From: Macrostomum lignano
Taxonomy: Eukaryota
Assembly (NCBI GenBank): GCA_002269645.1
Contig: NIVC01000038.1
Location: 1,240,001 to 1,304,000, forward strand
Length of the DNA: 64,000 nt
Direction of reading: 5' to 3'
In this document: in pieces, positions 12,001-32,392 of the stretch
Layout: each line of letters begins with the position of its first letter
Numbering within the stretch: position 1 is the first letter of the stretch
The notes under the pieces: generated by a model
Database searches by the model: none
What the model saw: the letters and a program-made list of their open reading frames with translations, nothing else
What the model was told of the DNA's origin: nothing
Made by a program: the position numbers and the translations under genes

Positions 12001-12518
12001 TACCATATTCCGGCCCTCTGATTGGCTATATGTGTAAATGTTTCCTAATGCGTATGCCTTCTGATTGACTATGAGAATGGTAACTTTTTGGTAACCCCTC
12101 TCCTCTCATTGCAACTCTGTAGTGTAAGTGCTCTGTTAGACTATAATCTACTGTTAATTTTTATATACATTTCTGACTTTCATCAACCCATTCTTAGTCT
12201 TAATTGTTAAATATAAATGAACAAATAAATTGTTACTTATTTTAAGAGCCTGATGATGCCTGATGCAAGGCAAAACATGTCGCATAAAAAATGATGGTGC
12301 TCACCTTCTTAATTCTAGATTTTTATTTAATTTAATCTCTACGCTGAAAATCTATTGTCAAAGTCATATAAAAATTATAAAACATTAATCAAGCATGATA
12401 TAGCCATCGGCATTAGACATTAGGAACTTACAACTGCTAAAGTAGTCAACAGGCATGCTGTAGTATACCCTCTAGTAATGACAGGGATTTGAAGGTACTC
12501 TTGCAAAATATTATTCAT
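6055..12518 (-). CDS. DERL2: Derlin-2/3-like ERAD rhomboid pseudoprotease, 6 exons, 234 aa
   Basis: Exons (minus) 12432-12518, 9370-9435, 9109-9276, 8556-8751, 8093-8183, 6055-6151; all GT-AG, phases join to 705 nt. Reads [29 protein letters not shown]|[22 protein letters not shown]|[27 protein letters not shown]..|..[17 protein letters not shown]..|[16 protein letters not shown]..|..[20 protein letters not shown]. Confidence 0.95.
6211..8056. repeat. 18/24 bp modular minisatellite filling Derlin intron 5
   Basis: Core GTGACCCATGCTGT followed by CACCGTGACT, AACT or AACTGTGGCT. Confidence 0.97.
8238..8492. repeat. 21 bp minisatellite (GATTTAGGATTAGGATCTATA) in Derlin intron 4
   Basis: A few near-perfect central copies with degenerate flanks. 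Confidence 0.9.
9790..11293 (+). pseudogene. Disrupted coiled-coil + BEN-domain-like gene nested antisense in Derlin intron 1
   Basis: ORF 9790-10479 has a coiled-coil stretch. A second frame reads ..[40 protein letters not shown] and, after a shift at the T6 run near 10684-10689, continues [42 protein letters not shown], resembling the BEN pattern. Then 48 bp repeats ([16 protein letters not shown]). Recognised by eye only. Confidence 0.5.
12240..12290 (+). ncRNA. Degenerate type I hammerhead-ribozyme-like motif
   Basis: GC-CTGATGA-T-GCCT(GATGCA)AGGC-AAAAC-ATGTC-GC: core CUGAUGA, 4 bp stem II, palindromic ACATGT stem III, GUC triplet; A stands where G12 is expected. Confidence 0.35.
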
Positions 12519-14044
12519 TGCAAGAATATTGTTTAATATTTTAACTGTAGAGCGGTGGTTGCGTGCCAACTGAGCTTTGTTGACGTTGCAAATGCTGGTG
12601 TACTGTTATGTAAGTATGCAGTAATCGTAATGCAGTGTCTTATGTCGTATGAATTGTCAAGAAAACGGTCTCCTAAGTTTTGACTCTAGAAGGATAACAT
12701 ATTTAGAACAAAATAAAAAATTACTTTTTAAACTGAGATGATAGGTATATTATTAAAGTTGTGTTGAAACGGAACAGTCTGCCTCGAACAAGACGTGTGT
12801 ACCATTTGCATTTAGTTTTGTTGGTTTCGTTTCTTATAAAAGGAGCAGTTTGAAATCCTAGCGACCCGTAACACAACGCTTAAAACACGTATTAATACAA
12901 AAATAATACGTAGCAGCAAGCAAGCACACAGTCACTTTCATAGTGACAAAAATTGCTTCGAGCAGTTTTTGATGAGAAAGAAATTAATTTGCAAAAGTGA
13001 ATTGTTGAGTTGATTCATAACTGACATTTAATTTTGCTGTTTCAAGGATCATGAAGATTTATATTTAGACCAATAAATAAATGCATATTGAATTATTATT
13101 TACATGTGCATTTAAATTATGCACCGAAGCTCAAATATTAAGGACCTCTTAGGTTTTTTCATTTCAATCTTACTCTCAAAGCCCGATGAGGTGGAATCAG
13201 AATCGGTGGGGAGTAAAATGTGGAATAATTTTGCAGTAATATGATTAACAAAATGTTGCAACAAAATGTTCATCTTTCATACATTTTTTCTAAGCTGAAA
13301 GCCGCAACTTTTTCCGAGTTTCTTTTTACACAAAATGTACATGACTTGTATTCCATTTAATAATCACATGATATCTACCTATCTGTCCTTCATTCAAGGC
13401 AAATATTTCAGTTATCAGTGAATTACTATCACGTTTAAATAATGGTCTCAGAGACTACTCGAGAATAAATCCTAACGGTCCTGTCAGTATCAGTGTTATT
13501 TTTTGATTGGCTGTGATTTTCGTAGGCGATGTTAGCTACATAAACATGTGACATGTCGTGTGTACGTTACATGTACTGTAGAATATATGCAAGGTAAGTA
13601 GCTGGTCTCACTCGCCAATCTAATTTTTAGATAGATTCACTTTTTTGATAATTCAGTGATAGCTGCAGGTTTAGTAAAAAATATTATTTACACAGTTTTG
13701 TGTTTAAAGAGAAACAAGAGATTACAAAGTGTGCAATGTTTGTTTTTCGCACTTGTACGACGTAATATGCGATTTTTTTAAATTATGAAATATTTTTGTT
13801 ACGCGCCGTATACTATATACGACGTTACGTTACGCAGTGTAGGCTAGGCCCCTACTATACTGTTTAGTAGCTGATCGCTGCCATTAACTTGGAGTCCACC
13901 GGAAGAAGCTCGGATATGTGATTCAAAGTTAAATTCAGTGATCAATGATTAGTGCTAAAATTGAAATTTTATATTTTTACCACTTGACTTAGTTGACTTT
14001 GACTTGTGCTTGTCTATTGTCTTTTAGATTTATTAGAATCTAGG

Positions 14045-15553
14045 TAGGGATGCCAGAAACTAGCCTATGCCTTTTTGAGAACCAGTTAACCAGTTTGAAA
14101 AGCATCTTTTTTAAGAAAACTAGTTTAAGTGTCAATTTTTTAAAGAACAAAATAAGCATAGAACTTACAATTAAATAGGCCTACTAGGCCTACTACAAAA
14201 ATTGTCTTTTAATGATATTTGTTTGTTGCTAAAGCATGTCCTTTTTGGTATAGAACCAAGACCGCCACACACCAAGACTGCCATACTTGAGCTAGGGGAG
14301 AAATTTGGCTCAATGTGTTATTAAATGGTGCTAAAGAAGAGATAAGTAGGTAAGAGAGCCAGTAACATGAGGCTGTACAAGAGACAAACCTATGAGAGGA
14401 ATAGCAATGAATTCCAAAAAAATTGGTAGCTCCCTTTCAATACCAATAGCCAATAATAGCTGTGGTGGTCTTAGGCCTAGTCATACGCTCATTTTTCTTA
14501 ACTTTAATCTAAACTAACTAGGCCGGTAGGCCCTAACCTAATAATTATATTATCTATTTGTGAATAGGCCTAATATGATTATGCAAACTTTTATTACAAC
14601 TTCAAATGATTAACCTAAAGTTTTAAGTTTGACAGAGTTAAAAACAAAGTTTTGAGATTGAGTTTATTTATAAGCTTTTTATAATATTTATATTTATGTC
14701 ATTTTCTTTATCCCCTTGAATCTGCCACTCTGCCCCATTGAGTCTGCCTCTCTGCTTCTTTGAATCTATCTCCAAGATGGAATTCTTACACAAAAGTTGT
14801 TAATGTTACGCATTTGTACACGCTTGTTAAATTTGTACATGCCTACTTGCTGAAAAAGGGCCTACTTGTAACTTGTGCACTTTCAAAGAAGATGTGTGCT
14901 ACTCAATTGTAGGCCTATGTGCTTATGCAAAAAGCTGTTTGTAGCAAAATCATAGATAGGATGACTTATATACATATTACATGGTTATATGGCAAATGCA
15001 CACTCAAGTTCTCCTATTTTTTTAGTCCAAAAGGTTGTTTTTATTCTAGAAAATTTTAAAACAAAAGTAAAACAAAGAATAATAGTTTTTTGCAAAAACA
15101 GTTACTTCAAATTTTAATAAAACTCATAATTTTTAAAGAATATTTTCTCTAAAAATGTAGCATTCAAGCTAATTTACGCTTGGAGTACAATTTTTTAAAT
15201 TTACATCAACATAGAATTGAAAAACTAGAAATTTAATTTTTAGCATATAGGCCATAATTGCATTATGACAAATTATTTTTATAATTTGCATGCATGTTTG
15301 CATGTTGCTCCAAAAGTGTGCACGCTTACGTGCTGCTCCAAAAACATGTGCGTGCATTTTCTTTCACCTAGCAAGAATTCTATCCTGGTATAATAAATTA
15401 TTGTTTTCATATAAAATGTACAAATTACACAAATTATATTCCATTTTTGAATTTTAATAAGCATGTGAAAAAAACTGAAAAACTAAACCAAAAAAATGGT
15501 TTTTAGCCCAAAACCATTTTTGGCAAATTAGTTAATTGGAGTTGGCATCCCTA
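14045..15553. mobile_element. Non-autonomous hAT-type DNA transposon
   Basis: TIRs TAGGGATGCCA / TGGCATCCCTA; 8 bp flanks AATCTAGG / TTTCTAGG (6/8); AT-rich non-coding interior. Confidence 0.75.
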
Positions 15554-16181
15554 TTTCTAGGTCTAACTTGTGGCTTTGTTGTTCTTTATACATAAAATTT
15601 ATAGTTTCTTTTAGATGATAAAATTTTTATGTTTGTTTATATAGGCTAGTTCCAATATTCTTATGCCTATATCTTAGGTTTAAATTTCATTTTATTATTT
15701 TCCTTGACCTATGACCCTTGACTTTATGGCATAAGTTGTGAACTTGATTTTATTAAAACCTTCACTTAATATTAAGTAGGGGTCAAACAAGATCTTGATT
15801 ATTAAGGTCTTGGCACTTTTTTCAATCTCAATCTTGAAAAAGTAAAGTCTCAAGATTTGTGACTATATGACTATTATTGTTAACTATGATATTGTAATTT
15901 ATATTTAATATAATAAAGTTACTAACAAGCTGAATATTATATATTACAAGCTGTTGAAACCCGCGAATTTTGAACCAAGGGAATTTCAATCCCCCGGAAC
16001 TACTTTTGCATGTATTCTAAAATCTAAGGTCATACACAAACAAAAACTTGTTAATAGTTAGTAGGATAGAGGTAGACATAAAATGGACACATTCGTGCAA
16101 AATTAGGATTTGAGGCAAACATTGATATTGTTGGCTGGGGTACTGCACAGAATGTCAGGCAATGTCTGTCTGACTCTAAAA

Positions 16182-17393
16182 CATGTATTGGCAAACTCTG
16201 GCCTCTCCCTGACTCTCCCTATGTCCCTTGGATCCTTTAAAATTTCTATTGTCTCTTCTGTTTCCTCTCTTCTCTCTCGTCCCTCGTCTCTCCTCTCTCT
16301 TCTCTCCTCTCTCCTCTCTTCTCTCATATCTTCCCTCATCTCTCTTATCTCTTGTCTCTTCTCCCTACTCTTTCCTCTTTCTCTCCTCTCTACTTTTCGT
16401 TTTCTCTCTTCTCTCCTCTCTCCTGTCTCCTCTCTACTTTTCGTTTTCTCTCTCCTCTCCTCTCTCCTCTCTACTCTTTCGTTTTCTCTCTCCTCTCCTC
16501 TCTCCTATCTTCTTTCGTATCTTCCCTCATCTCTCTTCTCTTTCATATCTCTTATCTCATCTCTTCCCTTTTCTTTTCTCTCTCCTCTCCTCTCTCCTCT
16601 CTACTTTTTCGTTTTCTCTCTTCTCCTCTCTCTCCTCTCTCCCCCTCTTCTCTCGTCTCTTCCTTCTCCTCTCTATTCTTTTCTCTCTTCTCTTAACTCT
16701 CTCCTCTCTCCTCTCTACTCTTTCCTCTCTCTCTCCTCTCTCCCCTCTTCTCTCGTCTCTTCTCTCACCTCTTTCCTCTTTCTCTTTCCTTACTCCTCTT
16801 TTCTTTTCTCTTCCCTCTTCTATACTCTCTCTCCTCTATTATCTTCTCTCGTCTCTCTGCACTCTCCTCTCATCTTTTTCATCTCTCATCTTTATTCTCT
16901 CATCTCTCCTTTCATTTGTCTCATCTCTACAATCTCATCTCTCCTTTCTCCCCTCTTCTTACACCCCTCTCAGATCTCTATCTCTTCTCTTCTCACTCCT
17001 CTCTCCCCCTCTTATCTCCTCTCTTCTCTATCCTTTCTACTCTCTCCTCTCCTCTTGACCCTCTGTCATCTTCTTTCTGCTCTCTCATCTCTACTCTCTT
17101 CTCACTTTTCTCTACTCTCCTCTCATCGATCCTCTGTCTCATCTCTCCCCTCTTCTCACCTTTACTCTTTCCTCTCCCTCCTTTCTCCCATCCTCTCGCT
17201 TCTTCCTCCCTTCTTCTCTGCTCTCTGCTCACCACTTATCTTCTTATCTTCTTATCTTCCATGTTTTCTCTTATCCCCCTCTCGCCTCACCTCTCTTCTA
17301 ATAGTCTATTCCTTTTCTTTTCCACTCTCATCTGGTCCGCACATAAGCTGGATTCTTTATCTGGCTTTTGAAGTAAAAGTCTGCCGATCCCTG
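16182..17393 (-). mobile_element. hAT-type MITE with an internal CT/GA array (copy 1)
   Basis: Ends CATGTATTGGCAAACTCTGG.. and ..AGTCTGCCGATCCCTG; both ends align to the reverse complement of 28858-30204; flanks CTCTAAAA / CTTCGAAA. Confidence 0.65.
16250..17320. repeat. Degenerate CT-rich low-complexity array
   Basis: CTCTC/CTCCT-rich tract; source of the Leu/Ser ORFs in the track. Confidence 0.9.
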
Positions 17394-17430
17394 CTTCGAA
17401 AGCAAGTTTGTGGGACGTACTACTCTCATC

Positions 17431-17803
17431 AGGGGGGGAGGGGGGGGCCGTAGCCCAGCGGTCTAGCGCAGGCTCTGGTGTGCCAGCGACCCAGGCTCGA
17501 TTCCAAGTGCAGTCACATTAATTTGGGGCCGAATTGGAATCTCGGCTTGGCTCTGCTCGTGCAATTAACGGCCTTGAGAGCCAACCCCCCAAGGCGCAGT
17601 GAAGTGTACATGCCTAACGATAAAATAAAGTAGGGCCGCTGTACACTCCTGTGTGAGTGTGTGCCTGCGTACATATCTGCGCGCTTGTATGCCTGCTCAG
17701 GGGAGTCAGCGGAATGGGCAGTAATGCCTCTCGCCGGTTGTGTGCCTATGTCGCTTAAAGTGCGCCAGGGTGCACACAACCCCCCTGCCTTTAATAAAAA
17801 AAA
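17431..17803 (+). mobile_element. Full-length tRNA-derived SINE
   Basis: A box TAGCCCAGCGG (17451), B box GGCTCGATTCC (17494), A-rich tail, exact 12 bp TSD ACTACTCTCATC at 17419-17430 and 17804-17815. Confidence 0.85.
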
Positions 17804-18369
17804 ACTACTCTCATCGTTATTCTCATGCTTTGATCACGTCATCTTTCTTGCCAATTTGCAGCCCTGAAAGGAATTTGTGTATCTTCAGCTCCATTGCAGT
17901 CTGTATCAGTCTAACAACCAAGGAAATACGCATTTCTTAGGAGGCCATTTAAAATTTACACAGTACCTTTAAAAGAAACCTAAAATTTCCAGGGTGTGCC
18001 TAGGGTTGTATTGCATTGCATCGCATCGCCTTTTCATAAATATTTCGCTCTTACAAACCATGCTGGATTCCCTCGATTTGCCAATTGCCATCCACTGTTA
18101 AACTGCTGCAGAGTTTGCCAATATAGAGGGGAGGGGAGGGCAGTGGTTAGAATTTCTCACTAAACTGTTATGGCTAAACGTAGCCTCTCCACTCTCGGGG
18201 TGCAGAGAAGGTTATAAATAAAGTTATTCCAAAACACTGTACATTTGCTATGTACATTCAGTCCTATCGCCTGACCCTTCATCTGGCTCTGGGGGAATGA
18301 GTGAGTGAGTGGCACAAACAACAGAAAAAGCAGACAAACTTCACATGCTTACAGTTTCTTTTTCGGTTG

Positions 18370-18938
18370 AGTTACAGAGTTGAAACTTTACATTTAGATA
18401 GAGAATGAGTCAATGAAGAATTGTGTCAAGTTTGAAGTCAATCAATTTACGTGGAGAAAACTTATGGCAGCTGAAAGTTAGTCAATTTTGAAACCCTTTT
18501 ACACATCTGGGCCCAGATCGGTATTGGAAAGAGAGGCAGGCGGGCGGAGGTTGGGGTGGTTGCTACGCTGAAAAAAACAGCCTAACTTTAAAAGTGCACA
18601 GCACTGCTCAGAATTAACTTTGAGACTTGAAATTTTACACAATTGTGTCAAAATAGTTGAAAATTGTCTGTGTCAAATTTGAAGAGAATCGGTAGAAGTG
18701 GAGCGGTGCTATGGAGGATTTAGTGAAAAAATCGCGCATTTTGAGCAGTTTTTTGTACTTTTAGGTAGGAAGACTTGAGTCTAGGAAATTAAAAGGTAGC
18801 CTAAGACATTCTCTGTAGTAAGTTTAGGGTGGGTGTAAAGTTTGGTGTCATTTGGTTGAGCGGTTTGGGAGTCCATAGCGAAGTAATTTGTCCACAGACA
18901 GACAGACAGACAGAGTTTTGATTTTTATAGGTAGAGAT
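18370..18938 (+). mobile_element. Possible non-autonomous Helitron-like interspersed element (3' part)
   Basis: Repeated TGTCAA(G/A)TTTGAAG motif, ..TTGGTTGAGCGGTTTGGG.., (ACAG)n tract and terminal TTTTATAGGTAGAGAT recall DINE-1/Lep1-type 3' ends; 5' end not found. Confidence 0.3.
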
Positions 18939-20465
18939 ATTGTACTAATTGTTTTTCCTTGTATTGTCATCATTGACATGTATATTTGACAAGTAATAAT
19001 ATTAGAGCATCAGATGGTGGGTAACAATTATTTATATGGCTCTAAATGAGCTATACAAATGAAAATAGTTCTAGCATTGTTGGAGCTAGATTTACTTTTC
19101 ATACTTAACCATTTCAATTATATCAAGATATCTATTTATAAATTTTATATTTAGTGATTTAGAATATATATGGTATAATCTATTATTGAATCTCAAAATA
19201 GAAAATAGCATTCATGATTTTGATTATAGTTTGAACAACTTAAATTGCAATATCTTCTAAATATACTAAATCTCTAAGGTTTGTATGTTTGAATGTCCAT
19301 AATGCTCTAGAGACTTCTAATATACTAAAAATGGTCTTTGATATACTAAAAATGCTAGTATTTGATATTTTAGGAAAAAAAACACTTTGTCTACTGAATT
19401 AAATCATGGCTTACAATCAAATGCAGAATGCCATAGATTAATATCTAGCTGAATTTGGTCATAAGCAGCTAGAGATCCTTAAGACTTTATTCTTATAACA
19501 ACATTGGCTAGCTGCTTTTGCTAGATGCCATTAGAATATTGATTTAATGCAGAGATTCTATGCTATTTGACGCAAAGTTTTTGTACATAGAATACAGAAT
19601 CTTTCACCATTGCATTCACCTTGGTGACACCAAAAATTATTTTTTGCCTATTGTTGTCATCTAGCTAAAGCCAATTGTTGCTTTATAGAGTTTGACAATT
19701 GTCACTGGTTTTATTTAAGCCTGAACTTGATGCAGTTGTGGTTGTGGATGATATGCATAATGTTAAGATTCTTTAGAAGTGTGAAAAATGTGCTAGACAG
19801 TTTGTATTTTTAACTTTTAAATTAGGCTTCTAATACAGCTAGTTGCTTTTATGAAAAGTTGATTCTTGCATTTCTTTGGGGTTGATATTGAATGCTCTTT
19901 TCCTAATTGCCTAATTAACTCACTACAATTGATTATTTTTAGCATTATTTATTAGACTTAGTTAGTATATGAATTGGTATTAACATGAAATGGTTAACTT
20001 AAAATCAAGATTAACATTTGTTGAGCCAATTTATAAAGCATAATATATTAAAGTCACATGGATCAATTATATAAATACATAAACAATTGCATAATTTATC
20101 GGTTTTTTTTTCAATCAAAGCATATGAATAAAAATATACAACTAGGTCTAGTAATTTGTAGTGTTAATAGTAAAAGATTATTTTTGAATAAAAATATTTA
20201 TAATGACAGTTAGGAGGGGTCCATATCATTTAATAGCATTTTGCATAAGATATTCCAGAAATAAACACAATAAAAAAGTTAAATAAAACCAGTACTAAGA
20301 TGTCAAAAGTAAAGGTTTTACAAGGTTTTAATGATATTTTGCTTGTTTTGATGTCATTTCTGCAGTCAGTAAATCGTCTCTACTGCTACAGTGTTGCGGC
20401 TCAGTGTGGCAGTTAGCCCAATTTGAAGTGAGAAGGCAGACACAGACTTGGGCTGAGGGAAAAAT

Positions 20466-28240
<7,775 letters not shown>

Positions 28241-28857
28241 TTGCCAGCCAGTTTCAGATTGCTTATAACTGGAGTTGAAATCATAACAATTTATTTAGAA
28301 AAATCTCTACTTGTTTTCACTAAATTTACAGCAAAAATCTCTACTACTCTACTGATTCAAGCTGGAGCAGTAATATAATTGGCGCATGCTGTTAACACTA
28401 TTTACTCTTCTTTTTGTCATTTTTGTCAAATGTTTTTGTCGCTTGAAGTGTAGACAATTTTTTTGGATTTTTTTAAACGGGATTACGTTCCAGTATGTTA
28501 TAAGTTTGTTCGTTTGTTTAATTTTGTGGCTTCTTAATATTTTATAATTGTTTGCTTTGTTGCTTTTGTTCTGTTGAAGCTGTTTCTGTATTGTATTGCT
28601 GCTTGGTGTTGAGAATTTGTTTATTATTATAGAACCCGTGTTTTTCAACTTCCTTTTAAGAGCTGCAATTTAGGTTCTTAACTCCTAGTTTAGTATCTGT
28701 CTTAATTTAGGCTTTTTCGCACCTGGAGCTTTAAAAAATTTTTGTTATTACAAGTATTTGTTTCCTAGATAAAAAGAATTAATACGCGATAAAGTTATAA
28801 CAATTTTAAATATGGTTGCTAATCTGCTGCAGTTTGGCGAAAATATCCGATTTAAAT

Positions 28858-30204
28858 CATTGCTCGGCAACCATTTTACCTCAAGAGCCGGAATAGAGCT
28901 TCTGACTTATGGCTGCGGGCCAGATGAGAGTGGAAAGGAGAGGGAATAGAAGATGAGGGTTAAGAGAAAATATAGAAGAGGAGAGAAGAGGGAGAGATTA
29001 GAGAGGGGAGAGGGAAGAGATAAGAGAGGGGAGAGAGGAGAGATAAGAGAGGGGAGAGAGGAGAAATAAGAGAGGGGAGAGAGGAGAAATAAGAGAGGGG
29101 AGAGAGGAGAAATAAGAGAGGGGAGAGAGGAGAAATAAGAGAGGGGAGAGAGGAGAAATTAGAGAGGGGAGAGGGAAGAGATTAGAGAGGGGAGAGGGAA
29201 GAGATAAGAGAGAGGAGAGAGGAGAAATAAGAGAGGGGAGAGAGGAGAAATAAGAGAGGGGAGAGAGGAGAAATAAGAGAGGGGAGAGAGGAGAAATAAG
29301 AGAGGGGAGAGAGGAGAAATAAGAGAGGGGAGAGAGGAGAAATAAGAGAGGGGAGAGAGGAGAAATAAGAGAGGGAAGAGAGGAGAAATTAGAGAGGGGA
29401 GAGGGAAGAGATTAGAGAGGGGAGAGGGAAGAGATAAGAGAGAGGAGAGAGGAGAAATAAGAGAGGGGAGAGAGGAGAAATAAGAGAGGGGAGAGAGGAG
29501 AAATAAGAGAGGGGAGAGAGGAGAAATAAGAGAGGGGAGAGAGGAGACATAAGAGAGGGGAGAGAGGAGAGATAAGAGAGGGGTGAGAGGAGAGATAAGA
29601 GAGGGGAGAGAGGAGAGATAAGAGAGGGGAGAGGGAAGAGATAAGAGAGGGGTGAGAGGAGAGATAAGAGAGGGGAGAGAGGAGAGATAAGAGAGGGGTG
29701 AGAGGAGAGATAAGAGAGGAGAGATAAGAGAGGCGAGAGGGAAGAGAGGGAGAGAGAGAAGAGAGGGGAGAGGGAAGAGATAAGAGAGGGGTGAGAGGAG
29801 AGATAAGAGAGGCGAGAGGGAAGAGATAAGAGAGGGGAGAGGAAAGAGATAAGAGAGGAGAGGGAAGAGATAAGAGAGGAGAGAGAGAAGAGATAAGAGA
29901 GGGGAGAGGGAAGAGATAAGAGAGGGGAGAGGGAAGAGATAAGAGAGGGGAGAGAGGAGAGATAAGAGAGGGGAGAGGAGAGATAAGAGAGGAGAGAGAG
30001 AAGAGATAAGAGAGGGAAGAGGGAGAGAGAGAAGAGAGGGAATAGAGACGAGAGAGGAGACAGAAGAGAAGAGAGAGAGCTGAGAAGAGACACAAACCTT
30101 GAGAGGGCCGGATTGCTATTGTGAAATTTCAAAGGACACAAGAGACGGATAGAGAGGCTTCGAGGGCCGCATGTGGCCCGCGTTCCGGAGTTTGCTGACC
30201 CCTG
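28858..30204 (+). mobile_element. hAT-type MITE with an internal GA array (copy 2)
   Basis: Left end CATTGCTCGGCAACC.., right end ..GGGCCGCATGTGGCCCGCG..AGTTTGCTGACCCCTG; flanks ATTTAAAT / ATTAAATC; homologous to 16182-17393. Confidence 0.7.
28935..30090. repeat. 23 bp GA-rich minisatellite (AAATAAGAGAGGGGAGAGAGGAG)
   Basis: Period 23 read directly. Confidence 0.95.
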
Positions 30205-31349
30205 ATTAAATCATGGAATAATGTCAGAAAGTAAAACGGCCCTTCAAGGGCCATGCACTGTAATAGGTATATATAAAATTTTATATATATAATTAAACTT
30301 CAAAAATGTGTTGCTAAGTCATTAGTGTTATCATTTACGAGTAATTGCAAAGTTGGTTGCTTGAAGACCTGATTCAAGTTTAGGTCTCGTGTTTATTCAC
30401 ATTATTTACCTGCATTCTGTACATTGAATTGAGTTTTTTTTAAAATAACTTTCATAAACTTTGCGGCGTTTGCCTTTCCTGTCTGTTTATAATAAAATTT
30501 CTGGCTCCTGTTGCTTTGTTTATTTGTTTCGTTTATTACCTGTTGTCTGTTGTAGCCATGAATTAAATATACATTATTATTATTATATATTAATTTCGTG
30601 CGTTTTCCACAGATTGCAGACACCACGATTTCCACTAGTTAGTTAAAATATCACAGCTTAGTAACTGTTTTCTTTCGCAATTCTCTGTGTACACCGACCA
30701 GATCGTTGTAAAGTCTGTCTTTTCCTGTGCAACACCGGAAATATCTTGAAATTGCCAAGGCAAAAAACAGTCGTTCAATGTTAATATGCTTACTACTCTA
30801 CTGACGTGTTTGAGTGAGTAGTGTGCCTAGTATTCTACTGCGAATGGTTTTTCCTAACGTTTTTTCCACAGTTTTTGTCATGTTTTTCTATTGAAACTCA
30901 TTTGTTTCCAAAAGGTATTGAAATAGCAAATTCACTGTTCTGCAATATTATAAATCTATAGGAATTAAGATTTATCTGTACTGTGTATTATAAATTACTC
31001 AAAGGTGCACTAATTAAATGTGTGTTTAGCATGTACGGCGCCTGAATGTCTATTGTTATCTAATAAAATGACGTTATTTAATGTCGCTTTCACCATTATT
31101 AATAATAGTTTAATCAAATACTTTGAAATAATATGTATTAAATATATATACTACTTGTGAAAAGCGAAATTACGTTTTGTTAATTATTAATTATTAATAA
31201 TAAAGCTGCAATATTGTTGTTACAGTTTGCTATTAATTACAGCTATAATAACAAATTAATAACATAACCAATTGTCGAAAAATGCTGCTATGGTGAAGAG
31301 TTTTCTCGGCTTGTTTATTTTTTAATGCGAGATGTACTTTGAACATGCC

Positions 31350-31425
31350 AAAATGAGTGCCTGCGGCGCCAAAATGAGTGCCTGCGGCGCTAAAATGAGT
31401 GCCTGAGGCGCTAAAATGAACGCTG
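31350..31425. repeat. Short 21 bp array (AAAATGAGTGCCTGCGGCGCC, about 3.5 copies)
   Basis: Three clear copies plus a decayed fourth. Confidence 0.85.
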
Positions 31426-31913
31426 ACAACACCGATTCTGAAAATAATGTACATACAGTACATGTATATCTAGAATTCTTGGCTTTGCCCCCCCCCACTA
31501 TAAAATCCGTAACCCGGTTGTCCTACTTTGATTTCTTAATATTTTAATCATTCGATGGAGGCTAGCGAGTAGAAGGCTATACAATTTAGGGGTGCAAGAA
31601 TACAAAACAGAAGCTGTTAGTAGATCGTAAGGGTATTTAAGGTGTGATAATTTGTAGAACTACTTTAAGCAGTCCCTACTCCCTACCTTCAAACTCCTTG
31701 GCCGTAGTTGAGATTAGAGAACAGTCGGACCTTTCTCCATCTAGAGCAGTGCCTCTGGTAGGGTGAGGTCTGAGTCCGTCTGATCCCCTTCTTCAACCCT
31801 GGTATCAGTACCTTGGGACATGGCTCTGTAAGCTCTGTAAGTGGGATTTTCCATTTTTCCTGAGCTGATACCGGCATGTAAAAAAGCACGTCTAATATGC
31901 CAGTCCGTACATC

Positions 31914-32392
31914 TAGGGATTGCAAAATCCCGGATTTTTGTGATCCCGGGATCCCGGGATTTAATCCCAGTATTTGGCCAATCCCGGGATCAGAATATAC
32001 AGATTTTTATGCTTCTAGGTTGAAATTTTAGGGCGAAATATGCGCTAAACGCTTTTTTGCTTACTTTTTTTGTTGTTATAGAGATAATGATCTATTTGTA
32101 GATGATAAACAGCATTATCTTGTGACTTATTGAAGTAAGTAGTATATATGTACTAATTAGTAGTAAAGAAGCAAATCATATCAAAATTTAAATTGGAATT
32201 AATTTCACATTTAAATCTGTGATGCGGGGTTTAAAAAGGCACCACGCGAAGTGAGGCAATTAACGGTTAGCGCAGTATAATAAACTTGTTGTGAGCCAAA
32301 ATATGTTCGTAATATAACACTTTTTGTAAAGATTAATAACAAAAATTAGTCCCGCGATTCGGGACCCCAGATCCCGGGACTGGAAATCTCTA
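31914..32392. mobile_element. Older hAT-type MITE of the ATCCCGGGAT family
   Basis: Ends TAGGGATTGCAAAATCCCGG / CCCGGGACTGGAAATCTCTA with subterminal ATCCCGGGAT palindromes; no clear TSD. Confidence 0.6.

Noticed and set aside
9711-12552. Inverted CTCTACAGTT / AACTGTAGAG as element termini
   Set aside because: Only 10 bp, no TSD, and the span would include Derlin exon 1.
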